A stretch of DNA of 63,883 nucleotides, counting the filler, from Asterionella formosa (Eukaryota), in assembly GCA_002256025.1 (NCBI GenBank). It is 12 parts of 12 records of this genome, joined end to end, with 100 filler letters (N's around TTAATTAATTAA, not from the genome) between each part and the next. Parts side by side here need not be neighbours in the genome. Positions count along the whole stretch, not along the records: positions 1,574 to 25,742 come from NKIB01002287.1; positions 25,843 to 27,315 come from NKIB01002288.1; positions 27,416 to 28,888 come from NKIB01002289.1; positions 28,989 to 30,460 come from NKIB01002290.1; 8 more parts are not named here. One strand, given 5' to 3'. The notes below the pieces were generated by a model. That model did no database searches. It had not been told where the DNA came from and worked only from the letters and a program-made list of their open reading frames with translations. A program made the translations under genes and the position numbers. Shown piece by piece: positions 13,192-29,160 of this stretch. Numbering within the stretch: the first letter of the stretch is position 1; every line of letters begins with the position of its first letter.

Positions 13192-13905
13192 ATGGTCAAA
13201 AGGAAGGAGCGCGTGCAACTCCCTTTGCTGGGGGAATCGATAGAGTTTGGCAATGATGTTCTCAGAATGCATCCGCAGTCGACAAGTCCACGAGTAATTA
13301 CTCCACCTCCTCCATCACTGTCACAGGGTCCTACTATTGTTGATGAATGGCAGGAAAACTTACTGACGAACCCACTTGGTGTCACCACGATGGTAGATCT
13401 CACGCCTCTATTTTACAAAAATTCTACAGAGGGAAGTTCTTCAGATCAAATTCATTTATTTCCATCCGATGACAAGAGCCCTCACTTAGCTACGAAAAGG
13501 ACGAAAGTGGCTGGCAACTGGGATCCTTCGAGCATTGAGTTGGTCGATTCTGAAGTTGATCTCAGATATGCCACAATCAATGAGATGCTGCTGTTTTCTC
13601 GCATGGTAATGAAGTCTTCTACAACTGATTCTGCAAGCATCTGCTGTCGCCATTGTAATGGCGATGCGGTTTTTCATTGCAGCTCTCCTGCCTCTGTCTC
13701 CAATCATGTGCCCAACATAGCATGTCACTTATTGACTTGTGAAGCGAGCTCCCTTTGGCTTAAACAGCAAATTTGGAAAAACCGAAAGCATGTGAATGGA
13801 TGCAATGTTGCATATTCTGTTCTTCTCTGGAAGCGAATGCAGGAACATTGCATTTATGAAATACTTCAAAGCCAAAACGGTTGTTTTTCTAAAATAGAAC
13901 ACTAG
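13192..13905 (+). CDS. Hypothetical protein, 237 aa, with a CRHC...HLxxC putative zinc-binding motif
   Basis: Intact ATG-to-stop ORF with gene-like composition. ICCRHC...IACHLLTC resembles a Cys/His module seen in diatom hypothetical proteins. Confidence 0.65.
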   Translation: MVKRKERVQLPLLGESIEFGNDVLRMHPQSTSPRVITPPPPSLSQGPTIVDEWQENLLTNPLGVTTMVDLTPLFYKNSTEGSSSDQIHLFPSDDKSPHLATKRTKVAGNWDPSSIELVDSEVDLRYATINEMLLFSRMVMKSSTTDSASICCRHCNGDAVFHCSSPASVSNHVPNIACHLLTCEASSLWLKQQIWKNRKHVNGCNVAYSVLLWKRMQEHCIYEILQSQNGCFSKIEH

Positions 13906-13969
13906 GGATATTCATTCCGCAATATATATGTTTAATACTAAAGCCACTGGCAAAAAGATGGTTACGTAG

Positions 13970-14430
13970 TAAATTGGTACTTTTACTACACAGGAGCCGA
14001 AAAGTATCCAATTTGGAGGCATTTAGTACCCAATTTGGACTCCAAACTGGGATTTCGACAGTTTTACCGTTTTAAACCTCTATTTCCGAAATCAAAATTG
14101 GAATTTTTGCCAATTCAGTACTTTTGATACCAATTTGGCAAAAAATTCGTGAGATATTGATAACCTTAATGTAGATATTTATTTAGATTAACAGAAATAC
14201 CAATTTGGATCCAAATTGGTATTTTCGCTACCAACTTGAATCCAAATTGGTATCAATTTTATTTTAATACCAATCGGGTTTCCAACTTGCTATCTATTGT
14301 TGGCATTGGAGTTAGGGTTGGAAATGTTGCTAACAGTTTGGATCCAAATTGGTATCAATTTATTTTTACTACCATTCGGGTTTCCAAATTGGTATCTATT
14401 TTTGGCATTAGGGTCAGGGTTTGAAAGATT
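13970..14430. repeat. Array of CCAATTTGG/CCAAATTGG motifs in both orientations plus a ~100-bp tandem unit; probable transposon subterminal region
   Basis: At least 8 motif copies, a perfect palindrome TACCAATTTGGATCCAAATTGGTA at 14198-14221, and TTAGGG-like words. Confidence 0.7.
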
Positions 14431-16111
14431 GGTTTACATTATGGTTTGTCATAATAATATATTATATATTAAGAAAATTAGAATATTTTATGTTATATTA
14501 TTATGTTATTGGACTATGTAACATTGTTATTTGTGTGATATGTTTCACCAGCAGAGTTTGTGGAAGGGAAAATATCCACTTATTATTCTGGTTCTCCAAT
14601 ACGACTACATTCAATTTTGAAGCAAGAATTGGGTTTCCATTAGTGAAAATGAAGAGGACCAACACAATCAAGAAGGTGCTAATGACAACGAGGAACACCA
14701 CCAAGAATGCATTATTGAAAGTGACACAGAAACTGACGAAGACCAAGGCACCAGGAGTGGTCAGATCCAGTTTCTCTGTGAAGCAACATGATCTGATCAC
14801 TGGCTATCGATTGTCAACATTGTAGAGGCAGGAGGGTCAATCAATATTGCAAAGAAGCATTTTACTTATATAAGGCACAATGTGCAATGTGTTTCATTAT
14901 TTTGTATCCAGAAAACTGATGGTTCCAATGAACTGAAACCAAGTAAGACTACTATGCCAGCCTGGGTGAGTTACCACACCAAACAAAGTAGCAAACATAA
15001 TACAACCAATCAGAATATAAATTTGTTTCACAATTAAATTTTAATGCAAATTAGTGCCAGAGATGAAAATCCATTATAATCACTCTGATTTCTTCCATTC
15101 CATGTCTGCAAGTGCATTCTGGTGCAAGGCAGAAACTCCCAGCAACATTTGTTGCGTGACCGGTTTGTTTGTGATTCCATGTATTGAAAGCAAGGTCAGA
15201 AGCAGGAAAAATGATTCATCACTGTCTGTGAGCCTTTGTTGGTCAAATCTGTATCTAGTATCTCTGATTTACGAATCCACCTCCTCCATAAATTTGATTA
15301 ATTATTCCTGTTCCATCTTTCCATATAAATCCTCATTTCGAGAAATCCAACTCTTACCAATCAGAATATAAATAATGCAGCAGGCACTTACAATGGATTT
15401 TTTGGTAAAGGAGATTTTAAGACAAATTTTTTAGCACAAGCAAGACTACTATTCTGATGATAATGTTTTAGCACTTAGTGATTCTGATTCCAATATTTTC
15501 GAGACTGTTCTTGAAGAAATGTTCGATTTTGTGAAAGGGTGTCCAATGGTTAAAGCTCCGAGTACCGGTACCTGGTAGTGATATACCGGTACTATGTACA
15601 GTATTCTTTTTAGATGTGAAAAGTACGTGTTTGATTAAGTCTGAATCAATTTTTAGAAACCCTAGTTCGAGCTTGGGGTATAAAGGAAGCAACCGTATGT
15701 AGTAACCAAGGCAGAAAACAGGTAAAGTAGTATATAAATAGATATGCCGCACTATGCGTACTTTTTGCAAATGTATTGTCGTAACGCACCAGCATACGTA
15801 CCGGTACCAGGTTCTCCACCGTAATAACAAAGCCTGCTCGCTGATGGTCCGTCCTTCTTGCTCTCTTTTGCGATGTTGGCACAATGACGAGCGGCGCGCG
15901 GATTCGAGACTTGTGTAGCTTCTGGGTATACCGAGTAATCATGCCGGTAACAACAACAATACACACAGTATGTAATAAACAATATGATATCAGCCACTAG
16001 TATACCGGTAGTAGATAAAGAATGGAATAAATAAAAAGTACAATGACTGTGTTACGAGTACGGTAACGTGATCATTTGCTTGACGAAATTTGGCCGTGTG
16101 CTCCGCCCACC

Positions 16112-19100
16112 ATGACGACGACGCCATCTACCATTACAATCATGGCACTGTCAGCCAAAGACATGGACCTAAACGCAGAGACCATGATTAATCTATCACT
16201 GTTGGACCCTCCTCATTACGGCTGGACAGCTGGAGGAGGTATTGCAGATCTTCTCCCTCCGGTCGAGGTAAGTTCTACGAGAGGGCGTGTGACTTAAGCC
16301 GCGGCGGGCTTTGCGGTCTACCAATTGCTCATTCTCTCCTTCCGTTACTTGGTTATTAGAGAGCGAGGCGAAAAGCGACTCGAGAAGCCTTCTTGAAGAA
16401 AATGAGGCGGAAAGAAAGAATTGACACCAAAAAGCTGGACAAGGTGGAAGCCGCAAGCGCACCGGGCAACGCCGTGTCCGAGACATTGGACACGGATCTC
16501 ATAGCAGTGGCCTCCGTTGCTGCGTCACCAGCAGATCAAGACAATTCAAAGACTTCTTCCGCAAATCCTGCTGAGAACTTTCTGTCAGAGACACGATTAG
16601 CTCCAAGCGATGCAACAACTGGGGGAAATCCGGAACAAATTGCGCCATCAGCCTTTCACTCTGCTGCTCATACTTTAGCCGGTAGCTCATCTGCAACTGA
16701 CATGGCAGTAGCTAATAAAATCAGCTCATCTCAATATACAAATACTCCTACTCGCTTCGAGAATCCCCTGATGGTCAATCCAGCATTTGCCCCTGTTCTG
16801 ATCCAAGGACATGAACTTTATGGACTCGATTCGGTTCAAGATAATTCTGGCCACACAACATTCGACAGCAATAATCCATACTGTGGACAAGGTATAAGTA
16901 CAGTGAATACTTTCAATTCAACTCTCGCTCCTCAACTTGAAGAAATGCCGGCTCCCCAAGCTGTTACAACGCCCGCGCCTCAATCTGTTACGGCGCTCAC
17001 ACCCATTGCTGGTTTGACTACTGGGATACAATCACCAACGAATGAATCAAAGCAACCTGTAGCTCTAACAATTTCTGCAATCGACGAAGAAGGTGTGGTA
17101 GACATGTACACATACCACCGGGGAAGGGAAGGAAGTGAACCTAGGGATGCTGAAACGGGTGAACTTATATGTGACGTTGGACCGACCGACTCGACCTTTG
17201 GATGGGACCAGAAGTGTTTGTCGACTGCCGTCACAGTATCATTTCCACTAGGAGAAGGCGACGAAGATTTTTATTACTACAAGGAAGTCATTGAGTGGGA
17301 CTTGACTGATCCAAGAGCACCGACCGCTATGGCTTTCGCGGCGAATGTGGCCCATGAATATGGACTCAATTTCGGACAAACGATGGATTTGGCAACCGAC
17401 ATTCAAAAGCAACTTGACGAATTCTTAGAAAACTTGACAATCTATGTAACCCCAATGACCATGAAAGATCCCAATGAACGAGAACGAGGGAAGCTGCCAA
17501 CAAGTTCTCGTCGGCTTCAGCTCTATGGTGTCCCTGTTCCAGTTGTTGAAGGTGGTCTCCCACTGCCAACCAAGCAAAAGCAACGAGCAGTAGCAACTAC
17601 ACGAGCACCAACTCCAGCTCCAGTAAATCAACCTAAGCCACCAAGTATCCGAAAGCTAAATGAAGGAGACGATGATTTCAATATCCGAACTGATGGTCCG
17701 TACCGAGCAGAAGTGATGAAACGAGCGAGACTGGCATCTATGAATGATATTGAGAAAATAGCGAGATCCAACGGTGATAATGTGGTTGGGTTTTTGGAAG
17801 AAAGAACCAACTGGCATTGTCACATTTGCCACAGTAGAAAACCCATTTCTGCATTGTTTGCTTGCGGAACTTCAACACACTCATATTGTGACACGCATTG
17901 CCGCGATCGTTTAGGATTCTCAATTGCTAAGCCCGAGTTCCGGCCCGTAACGTTGGATCATTGTCCAATCTGCTGTTTACGCTGTGAATGCACAAAGTGT
18001 CAACGGCGCCTTAATGCTGTTGCTGTCGAGTTCAGAAAGCAATGTATTTCACAAGGTGTAGCCAATCCAGAAGAAGCCGACTTTGACAATATTCTCCTTT
18101 ACACAGCTGGTCGTGGAGGTGGAGGTGGTGGAGGAGGAGGCGGTGGCGGGACTGTAAAGAAACCTACAATCGCACGAGTGAATAAAACCAGTGGTTTTAA
18201 ACTGAATAAGAAAAAGGCCAAGATTCCCTTCCGTGACTTCCCTCGTGAAGTGTGCGCTTCCGTGGACTTGGATCCCGGAACAGCAACTGATTATCTGACA
18301 GTGTTTTCATCGGAGGGTTCTTTTTTACACAAGGATCCTTGTATTGCAGCAACTGAAATCGAAACCAAGAAGGAATTTGAAGACGATGAATCGAATCTAC
18401 AAGAAGACGGTAGCGTTGACTATTGCCTAATTTGTCGTAAACCTGGCGATCTTCTCTGTTGTGACCGCTGTCCTCGGGCTTATCACATTAAGTGTATTGG
18501 AGACAGTGTTGATCCCCCCGATGGACGATGGGAGTGTCATGAATGTTTGAAAGAAAAAGCAGGGCTGGAACAGGATCTTGTCGACGGAAGGTCATATTTA
18601 CACAATGGTGGACACACTTCTATCGAGAAAATCACTGCATCATTAGTCAATTTTTCAAATAGTGTCGGTTTTATTGAAAGCCATCAAATTCTTTCAATGA
18701 TTCACGAGATGCTGTCGAAACTGATCGACTATGAGTTCGGATTCATTTTCCGCGCACCAGTAGATTGCAAATTTGTCCCCACCTACAGGAAGATTGTAAA
18801 GAAACCCATGGACTTGGGAACAATTTCTTCGAGACTCGAAAATGGGTATTACCCCAGAAAATACTTGAATGCCAAACTTTCTTGGGATGATATCATTGCT
18901 GCTGTATTAGAGGACATCGAGCTTGTATGGCATAATTGTTTTACTTTCAATCTCGAAGGTAGTGCAGTTTATAAAATGGCTGAAGTGCAGCGTCGCAGGT
19001 ATCTTGAAATGCGTCGACGAAGCTTCGATCATCTTCTTAGCGATGCTGTGAAGACTCGGGTCAATCAATTTGTTTCCGCGTGCGAGGTGGATCGTGCTAA

Positions 19101-20400
19101 AGATGCACCGGTACCAAAGGAAAAAACACCCCAACCAAGTGTTCCTAGCAAATACAAGATTGAAGTAAAGGTATCATATGGTGGTAATCGGCGAATTGTG
19201 GCTATATTAGACCCCGACTCAGGAATGTTGGCAAAACTGTATTCTTCACAAAAATCAGCGTTTATTGCTGCCAATTTTTTACAAAAAATTGGACACACTC
19301 CAGAATGGGAACCGCTCAATGAGTTCCCTTTGAAGAGTTACATTAAAAGCAGTACTCACGATCCCTCCCAACTCCTCTTTGGATACAGGTGGCTCTTGTT
19401 TGATGACTTGCAAGCTGGTTCGGTTGTTTTCGGAAAGGCGCCAAGCAATCTAAAGAGTTTGCTACAGGATGGAAAAGTGTTCAAGAGAGATTGTCCTTTA
19501 GGTTTCGTTGAGATGTTTGATGGTTTCTCCTTCTATATCTTTATTTCAATTGAAGAAGCACTTTGTTTCAGCGGTCTCCCACGAGCAGTTCCTATAGATC
19601 AAATTCGTTCACGGTTCTGTGAGATGCCGCCAGGCGAATGGAAATCAATAGTTGGTTTCAACTGGAGACGAATAGCGCCCGAAAGCGGCAATAGTCAAGG
19701 CGAGACTGCTGCAAACGAGACCACTACCGGTGTGGGATCAGAAAAGGAAGAAGTCATTGTGAAGAAAGATTCAATCACGGGAAGGAAGCTTCTTGGTTTC
19801 AAGACTATTGCTGCTGCTCACAAGGACTGGATAGGCTGTTGTTTGAATTCTCCCATGTTTCATCAACCATGGAACACGAGCATGGAAGAATTTTCTTCCA
19901 AGTTTCTGGACAAAGATGGCCATGTGGATGGTATTACCTGGCAGTCTATGATGATTGAGCAGTTCACACGTGAACCAAACGAGACCGCCCAAGTAGAAAT
20001 TGAATCACCTGAAAATCCGGAGAAGGAACGTATCCCGATCGATTCGAACACCGAAAATGCGTTGAAATCACCCCCTTCATCAATAGCAGCGACGAATAGG
20101 GAACGATTGCTGGGTGCCAACGAAACAACGACTGTGGAAAGGGTCCACAGTATCGTTGAAGCCAGAACGGTCGATGCTATCATCGCTTTGGATGTTCATC
20201 CTCAAGAGACTCCCCCAAATTTGACGAATACACATGCGGAAGATGATTTAATGCATTTTTCAAAGGAGCTGGGGTCTAGAATTGTGATGCACGAACCGTC
20301 GAAATCGACTTGCTTGAAACGGCCCCTTGAAACAAACGATGATGACTTTCCCTCGAAGAAAGCAACGATCCTGGTAACTTTGGAGTCCGCGACTAATTAA
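16112..20400 (+). CDS. Multidomain chromatin reader (~1400 aa): SNF5-like repeat, zf-4CXXC_R1-like finger, poly-Gly, PHD finger, bromodomain; join(16112..16267,16360..20400)
   Basis: Phase-0 intron GTAAGT...TTAG. Motifs: EVIEWDLTD..AFAANVAHEYGL (SNF5-like); CHICH...YCDTHC...CPICCLRCECTKC; CLICRKPGDLLCCDRCPRAYHIKC...WECHEC (PHD); FRAPVD..YRKIVKKPMDLGTI...NCFTFN (bromodomain). Confidence 0.9.
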
Positions 20401-20590
20401 TTAAATAGGTTTGGCGATTGTCATTTGTATTTGGTTGATTACAAGTATGTAGTATTGAACCCGGTGAAGCTTTTCTACTTGCCAGCAAACAGAAAGTTGA
20501 AAAACAAATCTTATCCTATTAGTTTAGTTGCATGCAGTTGACTGAAATGACAGGCCAAGCCAAGCCTTTTCCAAGACACCAAAATATAAT

Positions 20591-21881
<1,291 letters not shown>

Positions 21882-22884
21882 GGTGGAAACAGGGTACCTG
21901 ATTTCAAATGAGAATGTGTGGGAGGGGGGCACAAGAGGATCTTTGTGGTCTGCTATTATGATGATATCACTTGCTCGTTCCAAATACCGTACAGTACTGG
22001 TATCTGGTACAGTAGACTACTTATCATAATTTTTTACATTCTTGAGAAGAAAGTCAGCGATCGACAGGATTTACGTACAGGTGCCGGTACTAATATACCG
22101 CCCTCATATGCACTTGCGGTATGACATCATCATCCACCGAATTCTTCCTCCTTGTTCGCCACTGGTGACTTTACTCCTGATTCCTATTTGACTCGTGACC
22201 ACATAGCTTAATGTACTATCGCAATGACGTCAGAGGAATGCGATCTATTACATTGCAAAGAATCCGAACCATCGCTCCACACCACACACATCCAAGCAAC
22301 GGCTCTATCTTTGTGACGTCATACACATATATAGCATACGGTATATNNNNNNNNNNNNNNNNNNNNNNNNNNNNNNNNNNNNNNNNNNNNNNNNNNNNNN
22401 NNNNNNNNNNNNNNNNNNNNNNNNNNNNNNNNNNNNNNNNNNNNNNNNNNNNNNNNNNNNNNNNNNNNNNNNNNNNNNNNNNNNNNNNNNNNNNNNNNNN
22501 NNNNNNNNNNNNNNNNNNNNNNNNNNNNNNNNNNNNNNNNNNNNNNNNNNNNNNNNNNNNNNNNNNNNNNNNNNNNNNNNNNNNNNNNNNNNNNNNNNNN
22601 NNNNNNNNNNNNNNNNNNNNNNNNNNNNNNNNNNNNNNNNNNNNNNNNNNNNNNNNNNNNNNNNNNNNNNNNNNNNNNNNNNNNNNNNNNNNNNNNNNNN
22701 NNNNNNNNNNNNNNNNNNNNNNNNNNNNNNNNNNNNNNNNNNNNNNNNNNNNNNNNNNNNNNNNNNNNNNNNNNNNNNNNNNNNNNNNNNNNNNNNNNNN
22801 NNNNNNNNNNNNNNNNNNNNNNNNNCCTCCACCACCTCGCTCGAAAACAACACCCTGTTGTGACCAACGAAATCCATAGCTACC

Positions 22885-24876
<1,992 letters not shown>

Positions 24877-26465
24877 ATTCGGGTGTTTTGAAACAGCAAG
24901 TTTTGTTTTCTTCAACAGTACAGTTATTCAAGATTATCCGAAGGAGTTGTGCTTTTTTGCTTTCATTTAAAATTCTTTAACACAGTAGGTTATTCCTACT
25001 GATCCTAAATATTAGAAGGTCGTTTGGGAAATAGAGTCTAGAGGGGCGAACCACCATAAAATAAAGTCTTGATAATGCCTGTTGCCCCACTCTGATGTTT
25101 TGTATTTATTAGTGTACAACTTCAGGTAGACTCCTAATACCAGGGGTAGTACATCCGGTGGCCTCTTTAATGCAGTTTGACCACATTAACATACCAGTAT
25201 GAGTGCACAATATGACAACATTGTGTAAGGAGTTTGCTACGTAGTATTCGGTTGCAGTTTCGACACTTCATTTTACACACTTTCGAACATCCGGAAATAT
25301 GTATAGGAAGGCTGGTGGTACCTGAGGATGGTTGTTCAGAAGACCCATCATCATTGAAAAAACATACAAGTTTAGGATATGGATAGCTACCCAGTCTGTT
25401 TGATGGTTTGTCTTGATACTCGTATGTAGCTAGGGACAATGTATTGCCTACTCCCTCCTGTTGGAGTGTACAGCATGTCTACCAGGTGGAGTACCTGTTG
25501 TCCTGGTGTACCCCTGTCAATGATACAAGGGACCTATTCCATCACTTACCAAGACACAGTACCAGGTAGAGGCCATTCTGATTGGAGTATCGCTTAGTGT
25601 GTACAGTATATACCCAAGCATCACATTGCGTCCCGTTTTCGTCATCAACAAGAAGCTGTAAATACATTGCTTTCCTACAATCGTTATGAACAACGGTACA
25701 TACCGGGAAGCCAAAGCATACCAGTACGCTATAACGTTTGTANNNNNNNNNNNNNNNNNNNNNNNNNNNNNNNNNNNNNNNNNNNNTTAATTAATTAANN
25801 NNNNNNNNNNNNNNNNNNNNNNNNNNNNNNNNNNNNNNNNNNGAGTCTTTTCTGATTGAAAATTACTGGTATGCAGCAGCAAAACATGCCTACGCTGTCT
25901 ACAAGAACGTTTTCACACGTTCAAATTCCGTTTCCAATTTTTTGGCGACAGTTGAAAAAGCCGATCGGGTCGACTTTTTGGAGTACGATTGCTCTACATC
26001 TACGGGGTTTCATGAAGATAAAATAAATATCCGTGCGTTGATTGTCAAGAATATACCATAGCGTCAATGGCTACAACGAGTCACAAGGACTGTGGACTCG
26101 ACTATAGTCCAATGAGTCAAATGGTGCATTCCTATGTCAAGAAGCTTGCTAATGAGATTGATGTCTTAGATCAATCAGAAGAAGGCTTACATCAACGAAA
26201 AGGGAACACGAAGAACCGTTAATCGAAGACTAATGAATGGATGGAAAATTTAGTTTTAGTTTAAGCTTATAATTAAGAAACAGTGAGAATTGGCTGACAG
26301 AGTAAGGTCAATAGCAAAAACTAGCATGAAGGCTAGCAGCAGAAAGACGACAACAATACTAGTGGTACAACAGGTAATATCTACGTAAGAGGAAACCCGT
26401 CAGACAGGAAGGAGTATGAGACCTTTTAACACACTATAAAGCACAGCTTTGAAGGCCACAGGCTA

Positions 26466-27030
26466 CTCAGGAACAATGATGGGAAGAAGTGACAAAGACA
26501 CGTCAGTGAGGTTGCCGATGTTCGATGGGCAAGATGCTAAATGGCACACGTGGAAAGTGAAGCTTCTTGCATACACGTGCTACAAGAACTTTCAAGGAAT
26601 ACTTAACAGTGATAAACTACCAAGAGGAGAGAAAGACCAAAAGGGTGATACCATTGTGTTGTCAGATGCTGATGAGAGACTCATCCGAAGGAGCAACACA
26701 GTTGCTTACGCAAGTTTAATAATGGCATGCCAGAGTGGGCCATTCAGACACGTAGATAATACAAGAAGTGCCAAGTTTCCTAACGGCAATGCTAAAGAAG
26801 CATGGGACAAGCTCATTTCTATGTATGAGTCAGGCAATATGGCAAACATCATTGCCTTGTCCCACCAATGGATGAAGTGCACTCTAGGGGAAAACAAGAA
26901 CCCCGACAGCTGGTATGTGGAGTTGGACTGTACCTGGGAATGATTGGGAAATACGAGCTCCGCCATTTTGGATGGTGCCTATGTGGCACACATGATCAAC
27001 AACCTACCGGAAAGCTACAAGAATTTGCTT
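26466..27030 (+). mobile_element. Degenerate Ty1/Copia gag fragment
   Basis: LPMFDGQDAKWHTWK...AYASLIMAC...GNAKEAWDKL...PDSWY...*...HMINNLPESY resembles Copia gag (UBN2-type). There is an in-frame stop at 26941 and the fragment is truncated. Confidence 0.8.
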
Positions 27031-27415
27031 GGTAGTACCACATTATGTCTAAAGTGACGTATTTATGCTACTTTTTAAAAAATTATGTTACTTTTTTGAA
27101 ATATTATGTTATTTTTTCCCTAATTTATTCGGGTTGAACAAAAATTTATTTCACTTATCGAATAATTATGTGATCACACCAATAATTATGTGTGTTCGTG
27201 ACAATAAATGTTGACCAACTAGCCATCGTGACAGTATAAAAGCGAAATTATGCTGCTCCGCCGCAATATTATGCTGCTTTCACCATATAATGAAAGAAAG
27301 AGTTGCCAATTCCGANNNNNNNNNNNNNNNNNNNNNNNNNNNNNNNNNNNNNNNNNNNNTTAATTAATTAANNNNNNNNNNNNNNNNNNNNNNNNNNNNN
27401 NNNNNNNNNNNNNNN

Positions 27416-28888
27416 AAAGTATAGAATGGGTGTTAGTCGAGTTCTCTCATTATTGAATTCCGATATATTTGACATAACCCCAACTCTATATATATCTGTA
27501 TCGATGTGCAGGATTGCTCACTCTCCCACACTTGAGGGAAAACCTTTTACCTATGAAAAGGTTTGATACGACGAATATTAATTCGTTCGGTAATATGCAT
27601 AGTGCGTTGAAAAGTAACTGTACCATTGGCATGTACTTGAATAATAGTATAAGGACCTCGTCCACGATCATCCAAAGTAGTAGGATTATCCAATAATATT
27701 AAAATCTCGTCACCCACTTTGTAATCATAAGATCGACGACGGAAATTTGCACGACGTAAACGTTCGTCAATTATCACCTGTCGACGTTGATGTATTAATT
27801 GTAAATCTGTAATCAAAGGAATATTTAATATCATATCACGTTGGAAAACCCATGCTCCTGGTGAAATACGTAATATACTATGAATAGTAGCTCGAGCTGC
27901 ATATGACGCAGCTGCAAAACATGTATCCACAATATTTTGGGCTTGAAATTCATTGATTGGAGGATGAGCCTTTAACATAACTCGTAGACTATTGCTGATA
28001 GATTGATGGAAACGTTCACAGATAGCATTTGCTTGTGGATTCTTTACTGTGGTAGTCACATCTTTGATTCCATTCAATACTAACATGTGTAAGAAAGGAG
28101 CACCAGTAAATTCACCTCCATTGTCATGTATACAACGTTCTGGACGGGGATATCTGGCTAACCAATCATTTTCAAATTTCATTGCAATATATTCTGATGT
28201 TTTATTGATGATACGTGAAATTTCTGCTAAATTGGTGACTGTGTCAATACAAGTTAGAGCACGAAATTCAATCGTTTGAGCAGCCACTGTTATCTTCCAT
28301 GGACCAATTAGATCTACTGCGACTTCTGACCATGGTAATAATAATGCATTCCTGGGTGGAAGTTCACCAAAACCAGTACCAGGTAATTTTGTACGTTGAC
28401 ATGCTTCACATACTCTTACAATATGTTCCACTCTTGTTTTTAATATAGGGTGATAAAAATGTGTAGCAATTGTAGCATTTAATCTTGTCATACCCACATG
28501 AGCTAACATCTGATGATACCAATTAATAATAGGATCCAATAATGATGTAGGAATAGCAATACGCCAAGTATCTCCTGGGTTCTTCACAAAACATATTAAG
28601 AATATATCATGAAAATTGATAGAAGGAAATTTTAATGGATGTGTTTGTTGATTGAGAATCAATTGTATATCCAGCAATTGTCTATCATGTATTAAATGAT
28701 AATCCAGAGGATATTGAATATTGTCTGTCAAGATGGGATGATTAAGGAAACATGTAAGCAGAGGTTCATCATCTAATTCAATTGAAAAAGTAGAAGTGGA
28801 AGTTGATGTTGGAGATTTCGGTCCAATATCAATATCATCCTCCACCAAAGACTCAAGCCTCGGGAGGCGAGAGATGGAATCTGCAATA
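27416..28888 (-). mobile_element. Ty3/Gypsy retrotransposon 3' part: end of RNase H, integrase (stop at 27547), PPT and start of the 3' LTR
   Basis: ADSISR (RNase H end); zinc finger H..H...CEAC; DDE core DLIGP, HDNGGEF, NAICER; a GPY motif; then GGGAGAG followed by TGAG at 27520. Confidence 0.93.
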
Positions 28889-28988
28889 NNNNNNNNNNNN
28901 NNNNNNNNNNNNNNNNNNNNNNNNNNNNNNNNTTAATTAATTAANNNNNNNNNNNNNNNNNNNNNNNNNNNNNNNNNNNNNNNNNNNN

Positions 28989-29160
28989 CCACTCCATATC
29001 CGATTCCAGGAACAACCCCCGGGCCCACGCCCTATCCAATACCGGGACAGACCCCCGGGCCCACTCCGTATCCGATTCCAGGAACAATCCCCGGGCCCAC
29101 GCCCTATCCAATTCCGGGACAGACCCCCGGGCCCACTCCTTACCCAATTCCAGGACAAAC
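28989..29160 (+). repeat. 36-bp coding tandem repeat, ~5 units
   Basis: Units of cccactcc.tatccgattccaggaacaacccccggg alternate in T/Q variants. Confidence 0.9.
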
